From an uncultured Thermoplasmata archaeon (lineage in GTDB: Archaea > Thermoplasmatota > Thermoplasmata > WALJ01): a stretch of DNA of 64,000 bases. The notes below the pieces were generated by a model. It searched no databases. It was not told the DNA's origin and worked only from the letters and a program-made list of their open reading frames with translations. Location of the stretch: NCBI GenBank assembly GCA_964475625.1, contig CAYYXK010000002.1, positions 4,422 through 68,421 on the forward strand, read 5' to 3'. The translations under genes were made by a program, and so were the position numbers. This document shows positions 48,540 to 58,178 of the stretch, piece after piece. Numbering within the stretch: position 1 is the first letter of the stretch; the number at the start of each line of letters is the position of its first letter.

Positions 48540-51173
48540 ATGAAAAGCGATAAAGAAAAGATGAAAAAAGGCATTGCCCTTATGATGGGCATACTGATGA
48601 TAGTGACAATCTTTGCGGCACTGCCGACAGGGAGCGCAACGATAATCAATACACAATTAAATAATAGCAGGAACGTGCAAATCTCAGCCACGAATCTGGA
48701 TGCAGGTCCCTTGTACCTCGGCGAACATCTGAGTTTCTATATAACGATATTGAATGGAGATAGTGCAGACGGAGAAGCGCTGTATCATAGCAATCTTACG
48801 GTGTCTACAGTTATTCGAGATGAAAATGGGAACACAGTGACATCTCCCTTTTCAAATTGGATAGTTACTGAGAAAAACGACGATGCCACAATAAATGACC
48901 AGTTGACGAATCCATATGCACACACATTTAGTGGATTCCAGGCAGTCGTCGCCAACAATGCCCGCCCGGGCACATATAATCTGACAGTAACTCTGGACTA
49001 CACGGACAACGGTGCTGCCAATCACTTCACATATACCGGATATATCCTGTTCGATGTGGCACGGAACATAGATGTCAGCGATGCATACCCAGTCCTCTAT
49101 GCGGGCCAGACATTCACCCCTCTCAGCATAGATGTGGATGATAGCTGGAATGGCGTGAACGGCCTCTATCTGAACCTCTCCGCTATACCCCCTGGCATAC
49201 ATTTCGACCAGACTTGGGGCTGGATACCCGGAGATGTCGAGACCGATACAATAGGATACAGGGTTGATGTGGATAACGATATGGCACCGGGAGTTTATCC
49301 GGTGGATTATCAGGTCCAGTACTTCAACAACGATGGCATATGGTGCACGGAAACAGGGACACTCGATATAACCGTTGAATTCACCCCTGTGATAGAGGCC
49401 TCACTTACCGGCAACCAGATAACCGTGACTCAGGGGAATCAGTCGATACCCGCTCTCGGAGTGACATTCACCAATACCGGAAATGTTGACCTCAGGAACG
49501 TGGAGATAACACCTCAGCTTGACGGCACCTTCTTCTTCAGCCCCGTACAGTGGTATGAGGGACAGTCCGGAAGCGGAGATCAGAACGCTCAGACTCAGGT
49601 CGACAAGATAGAGATAGACCAGCTCGGCATCGGAAATACCGCGACCGGTGAGTGGTACATTGCCCTTGACCCTTATGTACAGGCAGGAGAGCACAGGATA
49701 CTCTTCGACTGGACCGCGACATACTTCGATAATGGAGCAACAGATAACCCGACACACTATGTAGATACCCATGTCCGCTGGTGGAACAACGATGGCAACG
49801 ACAGCACACCGATGGTTCCTGAAATTCAATTCAATGATGGAAGCGGCTTGGGAGCATGGTCAAGTCCGTGGATGGCAGGGCCATATGTCATGATCGATGT
49901 CCGCGATGACCATCCTGACTTCAGTGCGAACAAGATCGTGAACGAGGAAACAGGACGCGACTACATAGATCTCTATAATAACGAACTGATCGATGCAGAG
50001 ATATCATCCGACATAACCAACTTCGAAATGGTAGGATATACGGATTTGAAAGCAACCCTTCAGGTCGGACCGGGAACACCCTTCTGGGACCCACTGGACC
50101 ACAGTGCAAGAACGACTTCCAACGACATAGCGGATTCCGATACATCCGTAAATGCCGGCGGAGTTGCCGAGATATGGTGGCATGTGGACATCGATCCGAA
50201 CGCAGAGCCCGGACTTTATACCGTGGAGATAGTCCTCAGTGGAAGAAATGTCGATACCACAGAATATATGAACACCACTCTGACAGCAGTCGTTGAGATA
50301 AGGGGAGCAGGACCTGAGCTCATGGTTACCGGAGTCCTCACCGGTGATGTCTCTCCGGGAAAGATATTCGATCTGAACCTGACCATCACCAACATGGGGG
50401 ATGACACGGCAAGAGATGTCTTTGTCATACTGCCCGGCGATTTCGGATATAACTGGAATGTCATCGATGGCTTCGTAGACTCGATCTCCTCATATGACTC
50501 CTCAAGTTCATGGGGATCAAGCAGCGGCTATTACTTTAACAACAATTCCCACGACAGAAATGTTTCCAGTAATGGCGTAACTCTAGAGCAGCTCAACATA
50601 AACGACGCAAAGGACATAGTCGACCTTGCCCTCTATATAGAAGGAGTGTTTGATTCGCCCAGTGCACAGGTTTGGCTCATAAAGATACCAAATCTCGCAC
50701 CCGGAGAGAGCACCAATGCGGTCTTCAAGATGATGACAAATATCAACATGGTCAAGGGAAGACCCTATCCGATAGAGGTTGCAACGTTCTACACAGACTC
50801 ATATGGAAACGGCGATATGTGGGACAACATGATTGTGGTCCGCACATCAGACCCGGGAACGCCATATCACGGCCAGACAAACAGCTTTGCAGAGTTGACA
50901 AGTGACAATGTCGGACTTCTGCTTCTGATCGTCGTCTTCTTGATCTTCATAGTGCTGGTCATAGGCTTCAGCATGATGAAGGGCGAGAAGAAAGAAAAAC
51001 CTCCCGAGATGACGGTGGCAACAAGCCCCACAGCTTTGGAACCGGAAGAAGAAGTTTTGGAGCAGGAAGAACCGGTTGAGTCCGGAGGCGAGACCGAAAT
51101 CGAGGCTGATGAGCCCGGTTTCACCCTCGAAGAGGAGCTCGAGACAACCGAAGAGGGAGAATCCTCCTTCTAA
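48540..51173 (+). CDS. Large sequon-rich cell-surface glycoprotein (S-layer/adhesin-like), type I membrane topology with an acidic cytoplasmic tail
   Basis: SD AAGGAGGG upstream of the ATG; signal peptide MKSDKEKMKKGIALMMGILMIVTIFAALP; many N-x-S/T sequons; C-terminal TM (LLLLIVVFLIFIVLVIGF) plus an E-rich tail. The printed sequence and the ORF-track translation differ by 2 nt near 48480, so the start is 48538 by the printed sequence and 48540 by the ORF-track frame; 48540 is used here. Confidence 0.75.
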   Translation: MKSDKEKMKKGIALMMGILMIVTIFAALPTGSATIINTQLNNSRNVQISATNLDAGPLYLGEHLSFYITILNGDSADGEALYHSNLTVSTVIRDENGNTVTSPFSNWIVTEKNDDATINDQLTNPYAHTFSGFQAVVANNARPGTYNLTVTLDYTDNGAANHFTYTGYILFDVARNIDVSDAYPVLYAGQTFTPLSIDVDDSWNGVNGLYLNLSAIPPGIHFDQTWGWIPGDVETDTIGYRVDVDNDMAPGVYPVDYQVQYFNNDGIWCTETGTLDITVEFTPVIEASLTGNQITVTQGNQSIPALGVTFTNTGNVDLRNVEITPQLDGTFFFSPVQWYEGQSGSGDQNAQTQVDKIEIDQLGIGNTATGEWYIALDPYVQAGEHRILFDWTATYFDNGATDNPTHYVDTHVRWWNNDGNDSTPMVPEIQFNDGSGLGAWSSPWMAGPYVMIDVRDDHPDFSANKIVNEETGRDYIDLYNNELIDAEISSDITNFEMVGYTDLKATLQVGPGTPFWDPLDHSARTTSNDIADSDTSVNAGGVAEIWWHVDIDPNAEPGLYTVEIVLSGRNVDTTEYMNTTLTAVVEIRGAGPELMVTGVLTGDVSPGKIFDLNLTITNMGDDTARDVFVILPGDFGYNWNVIDGFVDSISSYDSSSSWGSSSGYYFNNNSHDRNVSSNGVTLEQLNINDAKDIVDLALYIEGVFDSPSAQVWLIKIPNLAPGESTNAVFKMMTNINMVKGRPYPIEVATFYTDSYGNGDMWDNMIVVRTSDPGTPYHGQTNSFAELTSDNVGLLLLIVVFLIFIVLVIGFSMMKGEKKEKPPEMTVATSPTALEPEEEVLEQEEPVESGGETEIEADEPGFTLEEELETTEEGESSF

Positions 51174-51238
51174 ACCCATTTTCCCTTTTCTTTTTAATCT
51201 AACAGGAACTTTTATGTGCATGATATTCATGGCGTCAT

Positions 51239-51613
51239 GTGGAACCTATCGCTGGCGCTCTCTACAAGGACAGAAAATCCAAGTTCTATGCCCATGTATA
51301 CCGGGTATCTTCGACCGAAGAGGCGGAGATTGCAGTAAAGGAGCAGAGGAAGAAATACAAAAAAGCGAGGCACCACTGCTGGGCGTACCGTATAGAGTCC
51401 GATGGAAAGATTCTTGAAAAGGCACACGATGACGGAGAGGTCGGCTCTCCCGGAAAGGCTCTCCTTGAACTTCTGAGGGGAAAAGAAATGGAAAACACTC
51501 TCATAGTCGTGTCAAGGATATTCGGCGGTGTAAAACTTGGCGTCGGAGGTGTCAGAAGGGCATTTGTCGAGGCCGCAAAGGGTGCCATGGAGGAACTCAG
51601 TCGCCGTCCTTGA
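51239..51613 (+). CDS. IMPACT/YigZ-family (UPF0029) N-terminal domain protein
   Basis: HHCWAYRI...DDGEVGSPGKALLELL is characteristic. Confidence 0.6.
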   Translation: MEPIAGALYKDRKSKFYAHVYRVSSTEEAEIAVKEQRKKYKKARHHCWAYRIESDGKILEKAHDDGEVGSPGKALLELLRGKEMENTLIVVSRIFGGVKLGVGGVRRAFVEAAKGAMEELSRRP

Positions 51614-54572
51614 TTATCGCCCCTATACCCGAGTTCCCATCCACTCTGACTTCAAGCGGATTTTCAAGGCGGATGTGGACCACATATTTCGTTTCATTTG
51701 CAGGTATCTGCGATTCCAGCCACTTCCAGTCTATATGATTTTTTTCCCTGCTGTATCCCACTGTCAGATAAGGTATGTTCAGAGAGGCTATGTTGTGGAA
51801 GAAATGAGACCCCTGGGAGAACTCTATCTTTATGCCTTCCATGGGAGTTTCGACTATGACGCGCGTATTCGATATCTGGTCCCATTCAACGGGTATGCCC
51901 AACCAGCGGTCCTTCGTGCCCCATCTCCCCGGCCCTATCAGAATATAGGGTGTTTCATCCAGAAGCTCGTTCATCTCCCCGATTTCCTTCGCTACGGCAG
52001 GGGTATTTCCCCGCTCAAATGTTTCCCTGTTGACGAAGACAATGTCCCTTATGTTCGTCAGAACACCGTTTCCCAGTGCTCTACTCGAGTAAACAAGGTA
52101 TTTCTCCTTGTTCTCCGGTAAGAAGGCACCGACATCTATCTCCCGTTTCATCGTAAGCACGGGCCTTATCTGAAGGATATACAGTTCCGGGCTCCCTCCG
52201 GTAAGTCTGGATGCGAACTCTATTTCCACGGCACCGCCCATGGCCATCTGACATATCTCCAGTATATCCCTGAGCATGGACGGCAGCGGATACATGTCGT
52301 ACTTCAGTATTGGAGCGAAGGTCACTATTCGATAGCCTTCCGCATCATAGGAATCCCTCAATATGTCGTCCGCGGGGTCATAGACACTGGCAGTCCAGCG
52401 CAGGATACCTTCGTGTTTCTCCGCATCCGTGATATACATCTTCTTTATCGTAGCATCTTCGCCTTCCAGAAGGTCGAAGTCCTTTCTCATAAGGTCCATG
52501 GCATAGAAATGTTCCTGCGAGTTCTCCAGCATCTCCCTCGTGTTCGCGAATCCGAGTATCACCTGCGGCCTTTTTGGAGAGAATGTCAGGAAATTTCCGC
52601 CTTCCACAACGATTTTTCCCAGCCCCACGGCCATATTGACTATCCCGTCCTCTCTTTTGAGCGGTTTCTGCGGGTAGAAATTATACGACTGTGCGACTCC
52701 CGAAAAAAGCGGGTAGAACACCCCGTCAAACCGGTTGCCTATGAGTTTCTGTATGACAACGGCCATCTTGTCCTCGTCGCTCGTGTGCAACGTGGTCTTT
52801 ATGTATGCCCTGGAGCGCTTGAAATATGTCGAGGAATAGACGAGCTTTATCGCATCGGCAAGATGTTTCAAACGGTTTTTCACACCTCTTTCGTTGTTGG
52901 GTAGGACATAGGTGGAGTATATGCCTGCAAATGGTTGGTTGTAGGAATCTTCGAGGAGGCTCGAGGAGCGCACGGCTATGGGCTCTTTAACATATGAGAG
53001 ATACTCTTTCAGAGCGGACATAAGTCCTTCGGAGAGTTTGCCCTGCAGAAACGCCTTCATTATATCCTCATCGGAGAGGCCTTTGTTCCTTATATCATGC
53101 AATTCATTCCTTTCTATGAAGGCGTCGAACTCATCGGTGGCTATCACGAAGGATGCGGGTATCTTTATGCCCCCGTATGAGGAGTATCTGGCACTTATCC
53201 TCGTTTTCTGGAAAAGATATGAAAGGAACGCTATGCCTCTGCCCTTCCCTCCGAGGGAACCTCCTCCGTATCTGGTTATCGTGCCATCATAGATGAAGGC
53301 CTTCATGGAGAAATCCGCTATAACACCCCGGCTTTTTTTCATCTCCGCCTTCTCAAAGAACTCTATCAGATGCCGCCTCATCTCTTCCCCGTCCCTGAAA
53401 TCCGATATCTTCTTCGGCCTCAGTTCCCTTGCCAGTTCTATCTCACCGCGAGCAAGAAGCCACGCTGAGAACTGGTTCTTTCTGCCGTGATAGATAAGGG
53501 ATTCCGCCGGAACCTTTTTTATAGCCTCTATGAACTCCCTCAGATTCGATGCCTCGGCAACCACATCTCCGTCTGGAAGCCTGAAAACGAATTTTCCGAA
53601 ACCCAGTTTCTCTTTGAGGAAATTCCTGAACTCGTATATCAGGTTGTCAGAGTTCTTATCTATGAAAGGCGCCCCGAAATCTTCGGCTTCCTTTCTGTGT
53701 TCGGGCTGAGATGACTGGATCAGAACCGGGGTGTCCGGGTCTATGTTGGAGATCAGCATGAAGCCTGCTTTCTCTTCTTTTCTTCCCTTGCGGGGATACG
53801 AGACATCGGTTATGACACCCAGCATATATTCGCGGTATTCGCGGTATATCGACAGGGCATCCTCGTAATTTTCGGCCAGAAGGATTTTCGGCCTTGCCCT
53901 CTTCCTCCATGCTTTCTCCTGCTCGTTGGCGCTCTCCTCTATGAGCATCTGGGTCTGGGTCATTATCTCTCTATACATAAGGGGCAGGAATATGGAGTAG
54001 TACTGCGGCGAGTCCTCCACAAGAAGTATTACCCTCACACTGCCGTATTTCGTATCATGGTCTATGTTCTTCATGTCCTCGAACAGCTTTATTATCGCAA
54101 GAAAAAGGGCTGAGTCCCCGGTCCACAGGAAAACCCGGTCAATGCCTTCCGCCGCTTCCGGTACATGATATCTCCTCAGTTCTCCCGCTTCCGTCGCAAG
54201 AAGTACCACCGGCACATCAGGCTGTATCTTCTTTATCTTCTTTCCGAACTCGACAGGGTCCGAATCGAAAAGATGGGTCATCGTTATCACTAGGTCATAA
54301 CGGTTCTTTCTTATCTCCCGAAGGGCTTTATCCGTGCTAGGGACGAGTTTTACACGGGGGGGCGAGGATATCCCGAGGCTGAAGTATTCGCCGAATATCT
54401 GTTCGGAGAGACCCCTGTCCTCTTCAAGGATGAAAGCGTCGTAGAGGCTTGCCACAAGGAGTATATCGCCTATTTTGAACGGCATCAGGTCATGGGTGGG
54501 GGAAAAAAGCTCGGCTATTTCCTCTATCTTTTCCATATCACTTTCAGTGCTGCCAGAGGGCTTTGCCTTCAT
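51597..54572 (-). CDS. 991-aa multidomain protein: two CheY-like receiver domains (first degenerate), a PEP-synthase/PPDK N-terminal ATP-grasp domain, and an uncharacterised C-terminal region
   Basis: REC-like blocks (ILLVASLYD...DLVITM; ILLVEDSP...LGVITDVSYP); PPDK_N block RYGGGSLGGKGRGIAFL...SFVIATDEF...AVRSSSLLEDSYNQPFAGIY; no phosphohistidine or PEP-utilizing domains seen. Confidence 0.6.
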   Translation of the reverse strand: MKAKPSGSTESDMEKIEEIAELFSPTHDLMPFKIGDILLVASLYDAFILEEDRGLSEQIFGEYFSLGISSPPRVKLVPSTDKALREIRKNRYDLVITMTHLFDSDPVEFGKKIKKIQPDVPVVLLATEAGELRRYHVPEAAEGIDRVFLWTGDSALFLAIIKLFEDMKNIDHDTKYGSVRVILLVEDSPQYYSIFLPLMYREIMTQTQMLIEESANEQEKAWRKRARPKILLAENYEDALSIYREYREYMLGVITDVSYPRKGRKEEKAGFMLISNIDPDTPVLIQSSQPEHRKEAEDFGAPFIDKNSDNLIYEFRNFLKEKLGFGKFVFRLPDGDVVAEASNLREFIEAIKKVPAESLIYHGRKNQFSAWLLARGEIELARELRPKKISDFRDGEEMRRHLIEFFEKAEMKKSRGVIADFSMKAFIYDGTITRYGGGSLGGKGRGIAFLSYLFQKTRISARYSSYGGIKIPASFVIATDEFDAFIERNELHDIRNKGLSDEDIMKAFLQGKLSEGLMSALKEYLSYVKEPIAVRSSSLLEDSYNQPFAGIYSTYVLPNNERGVKNRLKHLADAIKLVYSSTYFKRSRAYIKTTLHTSDEDKMAVVIQKLIGNRFDGVFYPLFSGVAQSYNFYPQKPLKREDGIVNMAVGLGKIVVEGGNFLTFSPKRPQVILGFANTREMLENSQEHFYAMDLMRKDFDLLEGEDATIKKMYITDAEKHEGILRWTASVYDPADDILRDSYDAEGYRIVTFAPILKYDMYPLPSMLRDILEICQMAMGGAVEIEFASRLTGGSPELYILQIRPVLTMKREIDVGAFLPENKEKYLVYSSRALGNGVLTNIRDIVFVNRETFERGNTPAVAKEIGEMNELLDETPYILIGPGRWGTKDRWLGIPVEWDQISNTRVIVETPMEGIKIEFSQGSHFFHNIASLNIPYLTVGYSREKNHIDWKWLESQIPANETKYVVHIRLENPLEVRVDGNSGIGAIIKDGD

Positions 54573-54674
54573 GTATGTGCGATTATCACACTTTATTAAA
54601 CCTTTTCCGGCAGGGATATCATATGCATGATAATGCAGGAAAAATACTTATAGCGGTGGGTCGAATGGATAATC

Positions 54675-56657
54675 ATGGGGAAGAAATCAACAAAGGAAAA
54701 AAGAGCGCTAAGAACAGCGGTTTTTTTGCTGTCAGCCATGCTTCTCATGGTACCGGCCATACTTCCGCAAAATACTGCGATAGGCGAGCCGCATGTGAAC
54801 AGCCTTTCAATCGAGACGACGATAAAGGACAACTATGCGGTGACCGAACTGAGCGAGGTCATAAGCAATCCGAATTATGATTCGATATGGACTCAGTTCA
54901 GTATAAAATTGCCGGAGAACATGTTCATATCCAATTTCACGATGGTCGCGGACGGAAAGACATACTACGGGGTCGTCGTTCCCAAGGCGGTGGGTGAACA
55001 GGAGTTTCAGGGAGCGGTTTCCAACGGAAGCGATGCGGCACTTCTCAGTTATTCGGACGGTATTTTCTCGTACTCTTTGAGCATATCGCCTTACCAGAGC
55101 ATAAACATCTCCATGAGGTATGAGGGATATATAGAGAAAAAGCTCGGCGGGTATGAGTATGACATACCATTCTCAGGGATGTACATGCCTTCTGCGGATT
55201 CGCTCTCGCTCTCGGTGGATATAATATCCGCGGACAGGGTCATATCCTTGTATGTACCGGATTATAATGCCATAACCGACCTTTCCGACCCGGAAATAGC
55301 GAAGGTGAGATATGATGCGAGAGGTTTCCAGCCATCGAATGACATGAACATTTTCTACGAGACAAACGCCCCCCCCGTAAACGGTACCTTGCTTTCCTAC
55401 GGTGGAGAGAGCGGATATTTCATGCATATATTCTCACCGCAGGTGGATTATCTCGGAAGCGCGATGCCGAAGGACATAATCTTCGTACTGGACAAATCCG
55501 GCTCAATGAGGGGAACAAAGATGGACCAGATGAAGGAGGCGTTCTCAACGATAATAGGAGAGCTTCCGGAGCAGGATGATTTCAATATCATAGTCTTCAA
55601 CGACCGGATAGTGCACTACTACTCGGAGCTGCTCCCTGCAAATCAGGAGAACAAGGATGCTGCGGTGCGGTATATCGACGCACTTGAAGCGGATGGAAGT
55701 ACCAACATAGACGGGGCCATGCTTTCGGCCATAAACATGTTCTCGGCGAACGATGAACGGTTGCCCATAATCGTGATGCTGACAGACGGGCTTCCGACAG
55801 TAGGTGTGACCGACACATCGAAGATAAGACAGGACATTCTGGAGGCGAATGAGGCGGGCGTATCCGTCTTTTCCCTCGGGTTCGGAGATGATGTCGATTT
55901 CGACTTTCTCAGAGCCATGAGCCTTGAGAACAACGGGATCGCGGTCAAGATATTCGTCAATGAGGATGCCAGTGAACAGATAACAGGGTTTTACGATACC
56001 ATATCAACACCTCTTCTGAAAGACATAAGGATATCATATTCGGGGGCTTCCGAAGGAGATAGCGTTTTCGATGTTCATCCCACCTATGTACGGCAGATGT
56101 TCTCAGGGACCGAGGTTGTGATAGTGGGAAAATACACCGGAAACCATACCATTTCAAACATAAGCGCGAGGACATGGAACGGAACCATGAAATTCTCTCA
56201 GGAATTTGCGCTCAGCGGCGGAGATGAGTATGACTTTATCCCGCATCTATGGGCATACATGGTGATAAATGAACTTCTCGATAAGATAGCCGTGGAAGGA
56301 GAAACGAGCTCCCTCGTGGAGAATATAACATCCGTTGCCATGCAGTACGGATTCGTAACACCATACACCTCCATGCTGATAAAGGCGGACACGGACCAAG
56401 ATGACGACAGCAATCCTCCGGATGAGGGATATGTGTATGACGACGGTTCCGGGTCCAACTTTTTCAACCCGCCCGGCAATATGGGCGGTTCGGGGAGTGC
56501 GACACCCCCGGATCAGAGGGGCGGAAGTCCAACACCGGACGACAGCGGTGAAAACACGAACAGCACGGGTTACAATCAGGCACCCCTATTCATGGGGGCC
56601 GTGGCACTGGCGGCACTGCTCTTCGGCAGTATCAATCGCCGGCGTAAAAAGCACTAA
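54675..56657 (+). CDS. Secreted VIT + von Willebrand factor A (vWA, MIDAS DKSGSM) domain protein with a P/S/T/D-rich linker and a PGF-CTERM-like C-terminal anchor
   Basis: Signal peptide; VIT-like N-terminal domain; VLDKSGSMRG...STNIDGAM...MLTDGLPT MIDAS motifs; C-terminal PLFMGAVALAALLFGSINRRRKKH. Confidence 0.75.
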   Translation: MGKKSTKEKRALRTAVFLLSAMLLMVPAILPQNTAIGEPHVNSLSIETTIKDNYAVTELSEVISNPNYDSIWTQFSIKLPENMFISNFTMVADGKTYYGVVVPKAVGEQEFQGAVSNGSDAALLSYSDGIFSYSLSISPYQSINISMRYEGYIEKKLGGYEYDIPFSGMYMPSADSLSLSVDIISADRVISLYVPDYNAITDLSDPEIAKVRYDARGFQPSNDMNIFYETNAPPVNGTLLSYGGESGYFMHIFSPQVDYLGSAMPKDIIFVLDKSGSMRGTKMDQMKEAFSTIIGELPEQDDFNIIVFNDRIVHYYSELLPANQENKDAAVRYIDALEADGSTNIDGAMLSAINMFSANDERLPIIVMLTDGLPTVGVTDTSKIRQDILEANEAGVSVFSLGFGDDVDFDFLRAMSLENNGIAVKIFVNEDASEQITGFYDTISTPLLKDIRISYSGASEGDSVFDVHPTYVRQMFSGTEVVIVGKYTGNHTISNISARTWNGTMKFSQEFALSGGDEYDFIPHLWAYMVINELLDKIAVEGETSSLVENITSVAMQYGFVTPYTSMLIKADTDQDDDSNPPDEGYVYDDGSGSNFFNPPGNMGGSGSATPPDQRGGSPTPDDSGENTNSTGYNQAPLFMGAVALAALLFGSINRRRKKH

Positions 56658-56686
56658 ACCTATTTCCTGTTTTATCATATCTATTT

Positions 56687-58006
56687 TCACAGGAAGTAGA
56701 TGATTGTAGGGAGTATCAGGAATCCCATGAGATGCACCCTGCTTATTCCCGTGAGGGGAGGGATAAGGCCCAGCATGGCGGCTACCGAGGCCACGAACAG
56801 CCCCAGAGGGCCCGCAAGTACGAATATGAGACAAAGTACGAAGAGAAGTATGATTACCGACGCTTTGGAATAATCCGTCTTTTCCATCTTTGAAAGGAAC
56901 AATGAGCCTAAGAGAATGGTCAGGGGATATGCCACGGCTCCGGCCACAACCGCCGAGAAGAGAAGAAGAAACAGAAGGGAAGGCGGTGAATTCGTGTCTG
57001 TCCAGAGGGACGGTCCGGTCAGGCTTTTTACCACGCCCAGAGCACCGCTTCGAGCCTTCCCGATCACAAAAAGGGCGAGTATGACGAAGATGGCATTTGA
57101 TGTGTTAACCGCACTCATCGACACTATGAAATCCTCCCCATCCGTGTTCCCGGAGATATCAGAGGCAAGTACGGTTGCCGAAGCGGAGGTTACACCCGGA
57201 AACCAGCCGACCAACGCACCTGCGGCGGCTCCTATGAATGAGCTTTTCAGCAGTCCCCGTTTTTCGTCACCTTTCCTCTCATCGCCCGGTTCCAGTCCCG
57301 CCACACCGAGGCTCTGTATAAGTGCGGCCACACCGAATAGACCGGTCAATCCTGAAAACAGCGGAGCGCTCTCCCGCATCGGTTCGATCAACACGGGAGC
57401 CGTGTCAAACAGAGCGCCGTTGAGAACTATCCAGCCGAAGATTCCCGAAAAGACAAATATAACGAGGGCATAAAGAGGATATTTTGCCCCTTTCCGGCAT
57501 TCTCCGATTATCAGGACAGACACTATTGCGATGAGCACATATGCCATGTACGGAACTATTTTATCATAGCCGCCCAGAGGTCCGAAGAAGACATATGCCG
57601 GAACAAGAAGGATAAAAGATATCAGAATTGCTCGTATGCTGCCTCCTGCGGACAATCTTATGGCGGCTTTTCCCCTGCCTTCAAGCACCATACGGTGGGC
57701 GGGAAGTACGGAGAGCGAGGTGTCCTCGTCAGGAGCACCGAAAAGTGCGGAAGGTATGAAATCAAGGAATGTGTGTGTTATCAGGTTACCCACTATCAGG
57801 CACGAAATAAGCATGACTGCATATTCTTCGGGAACCCACAGGTATCTTGAGACATGGGACGCAAAACCGAGAGCCAGAGGTGCGGAGACCATAAGTATTA
57901 CAGCAACCGTGTTCACATGGATTCCGGGTACGAGACCAGTGATTATCCCAAAGAGCACCCCTATGAGCGTGAATACAAGGGCCAGTATCAGTATTTCCCA
58001 TATCAC
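56687..58006 (-). CDS. Polytopic membrane protein, possibly TctA/DUF112-family transporter
   Basis: About 12 TM segments with two internal G-x-(V/F)-PG-(I/V) repeats (GLVPGIHVNT; GWFPGVTSAS). Confidence 0.4.
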   Translation of the reverse strand: MIWEILILALVFTLIGVLFGIITGLVPGIHVNTVAVILMVSAPLALGFASHVSRYLWVPEEYAVMLISCLIVGNLITHTFLDFIPSALFGAPDEDTSLSVLPAHRMVLEGRGKAAIRLSAGGSIRAILISFILLVPAYVFFGPLGGYDKIVPYMAYVLIAIVSVLIIGECRKGAKYPLYALVIFVFSGIFGWIVLNGALFDTAPVLIEPMRESAPLFSGLTGLFGVAALIQSLGVAGLEPGDERKGDEKRGLLKSSFIGAAAGALVGWFPGVTSASATVLASDISGNTDGEDFIVSMSAVNTSNAIFVILALFVIGKARSGALGVVKSLTGPSLWTDTNSPPSLLFLLLFSAVVAGAVAYPLTILLGSLFLSKMEKTDYSKASVIILLFVLCLIFVLAGPLGLFVASVAAMLGLIPPLTGISRVHLMGFLILPTIIYFL

Positions 58007-58039
58007 GGTCTTTTATCAATCTCTTTTTAAAGCCCCTTT

Positions 58040-58055
58040 CTGTTGCATGCAACAG
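58040..58055. promoter_or_regulatory. 16-bp perfect palindrome CTGTTGCATGCAACAG in the divergent intergenic region (about 35 bp upstream of the 58006 gene; TTTAAATA TATA-like element follows at 58067-58074)
   Basis: Exact inverted repeat; second copy of the 47027-47042 site. Confidence 0.55.
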
Positions 58056-58178
58056 CCCATACAAAGGTTTAAATAGGTCGGGGAACAGAAATACATGGGA
58101 GAAGAGTGCCGGGCACATCCAGTCAGAAGTAACAAATAGGATAGGGATGATGCCGGGCGCTGAAAGGAGATTCGTTCA

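Noticed and set aside
51239-51613. Full-length YigZ/IMPACT protein
   Set aside because: Only the N-terminal UPF0029 domain (124 aa) is encoded before the convergent 991-aa gene begins, so it is called as an N-domain-only protein and not a complete YigZ
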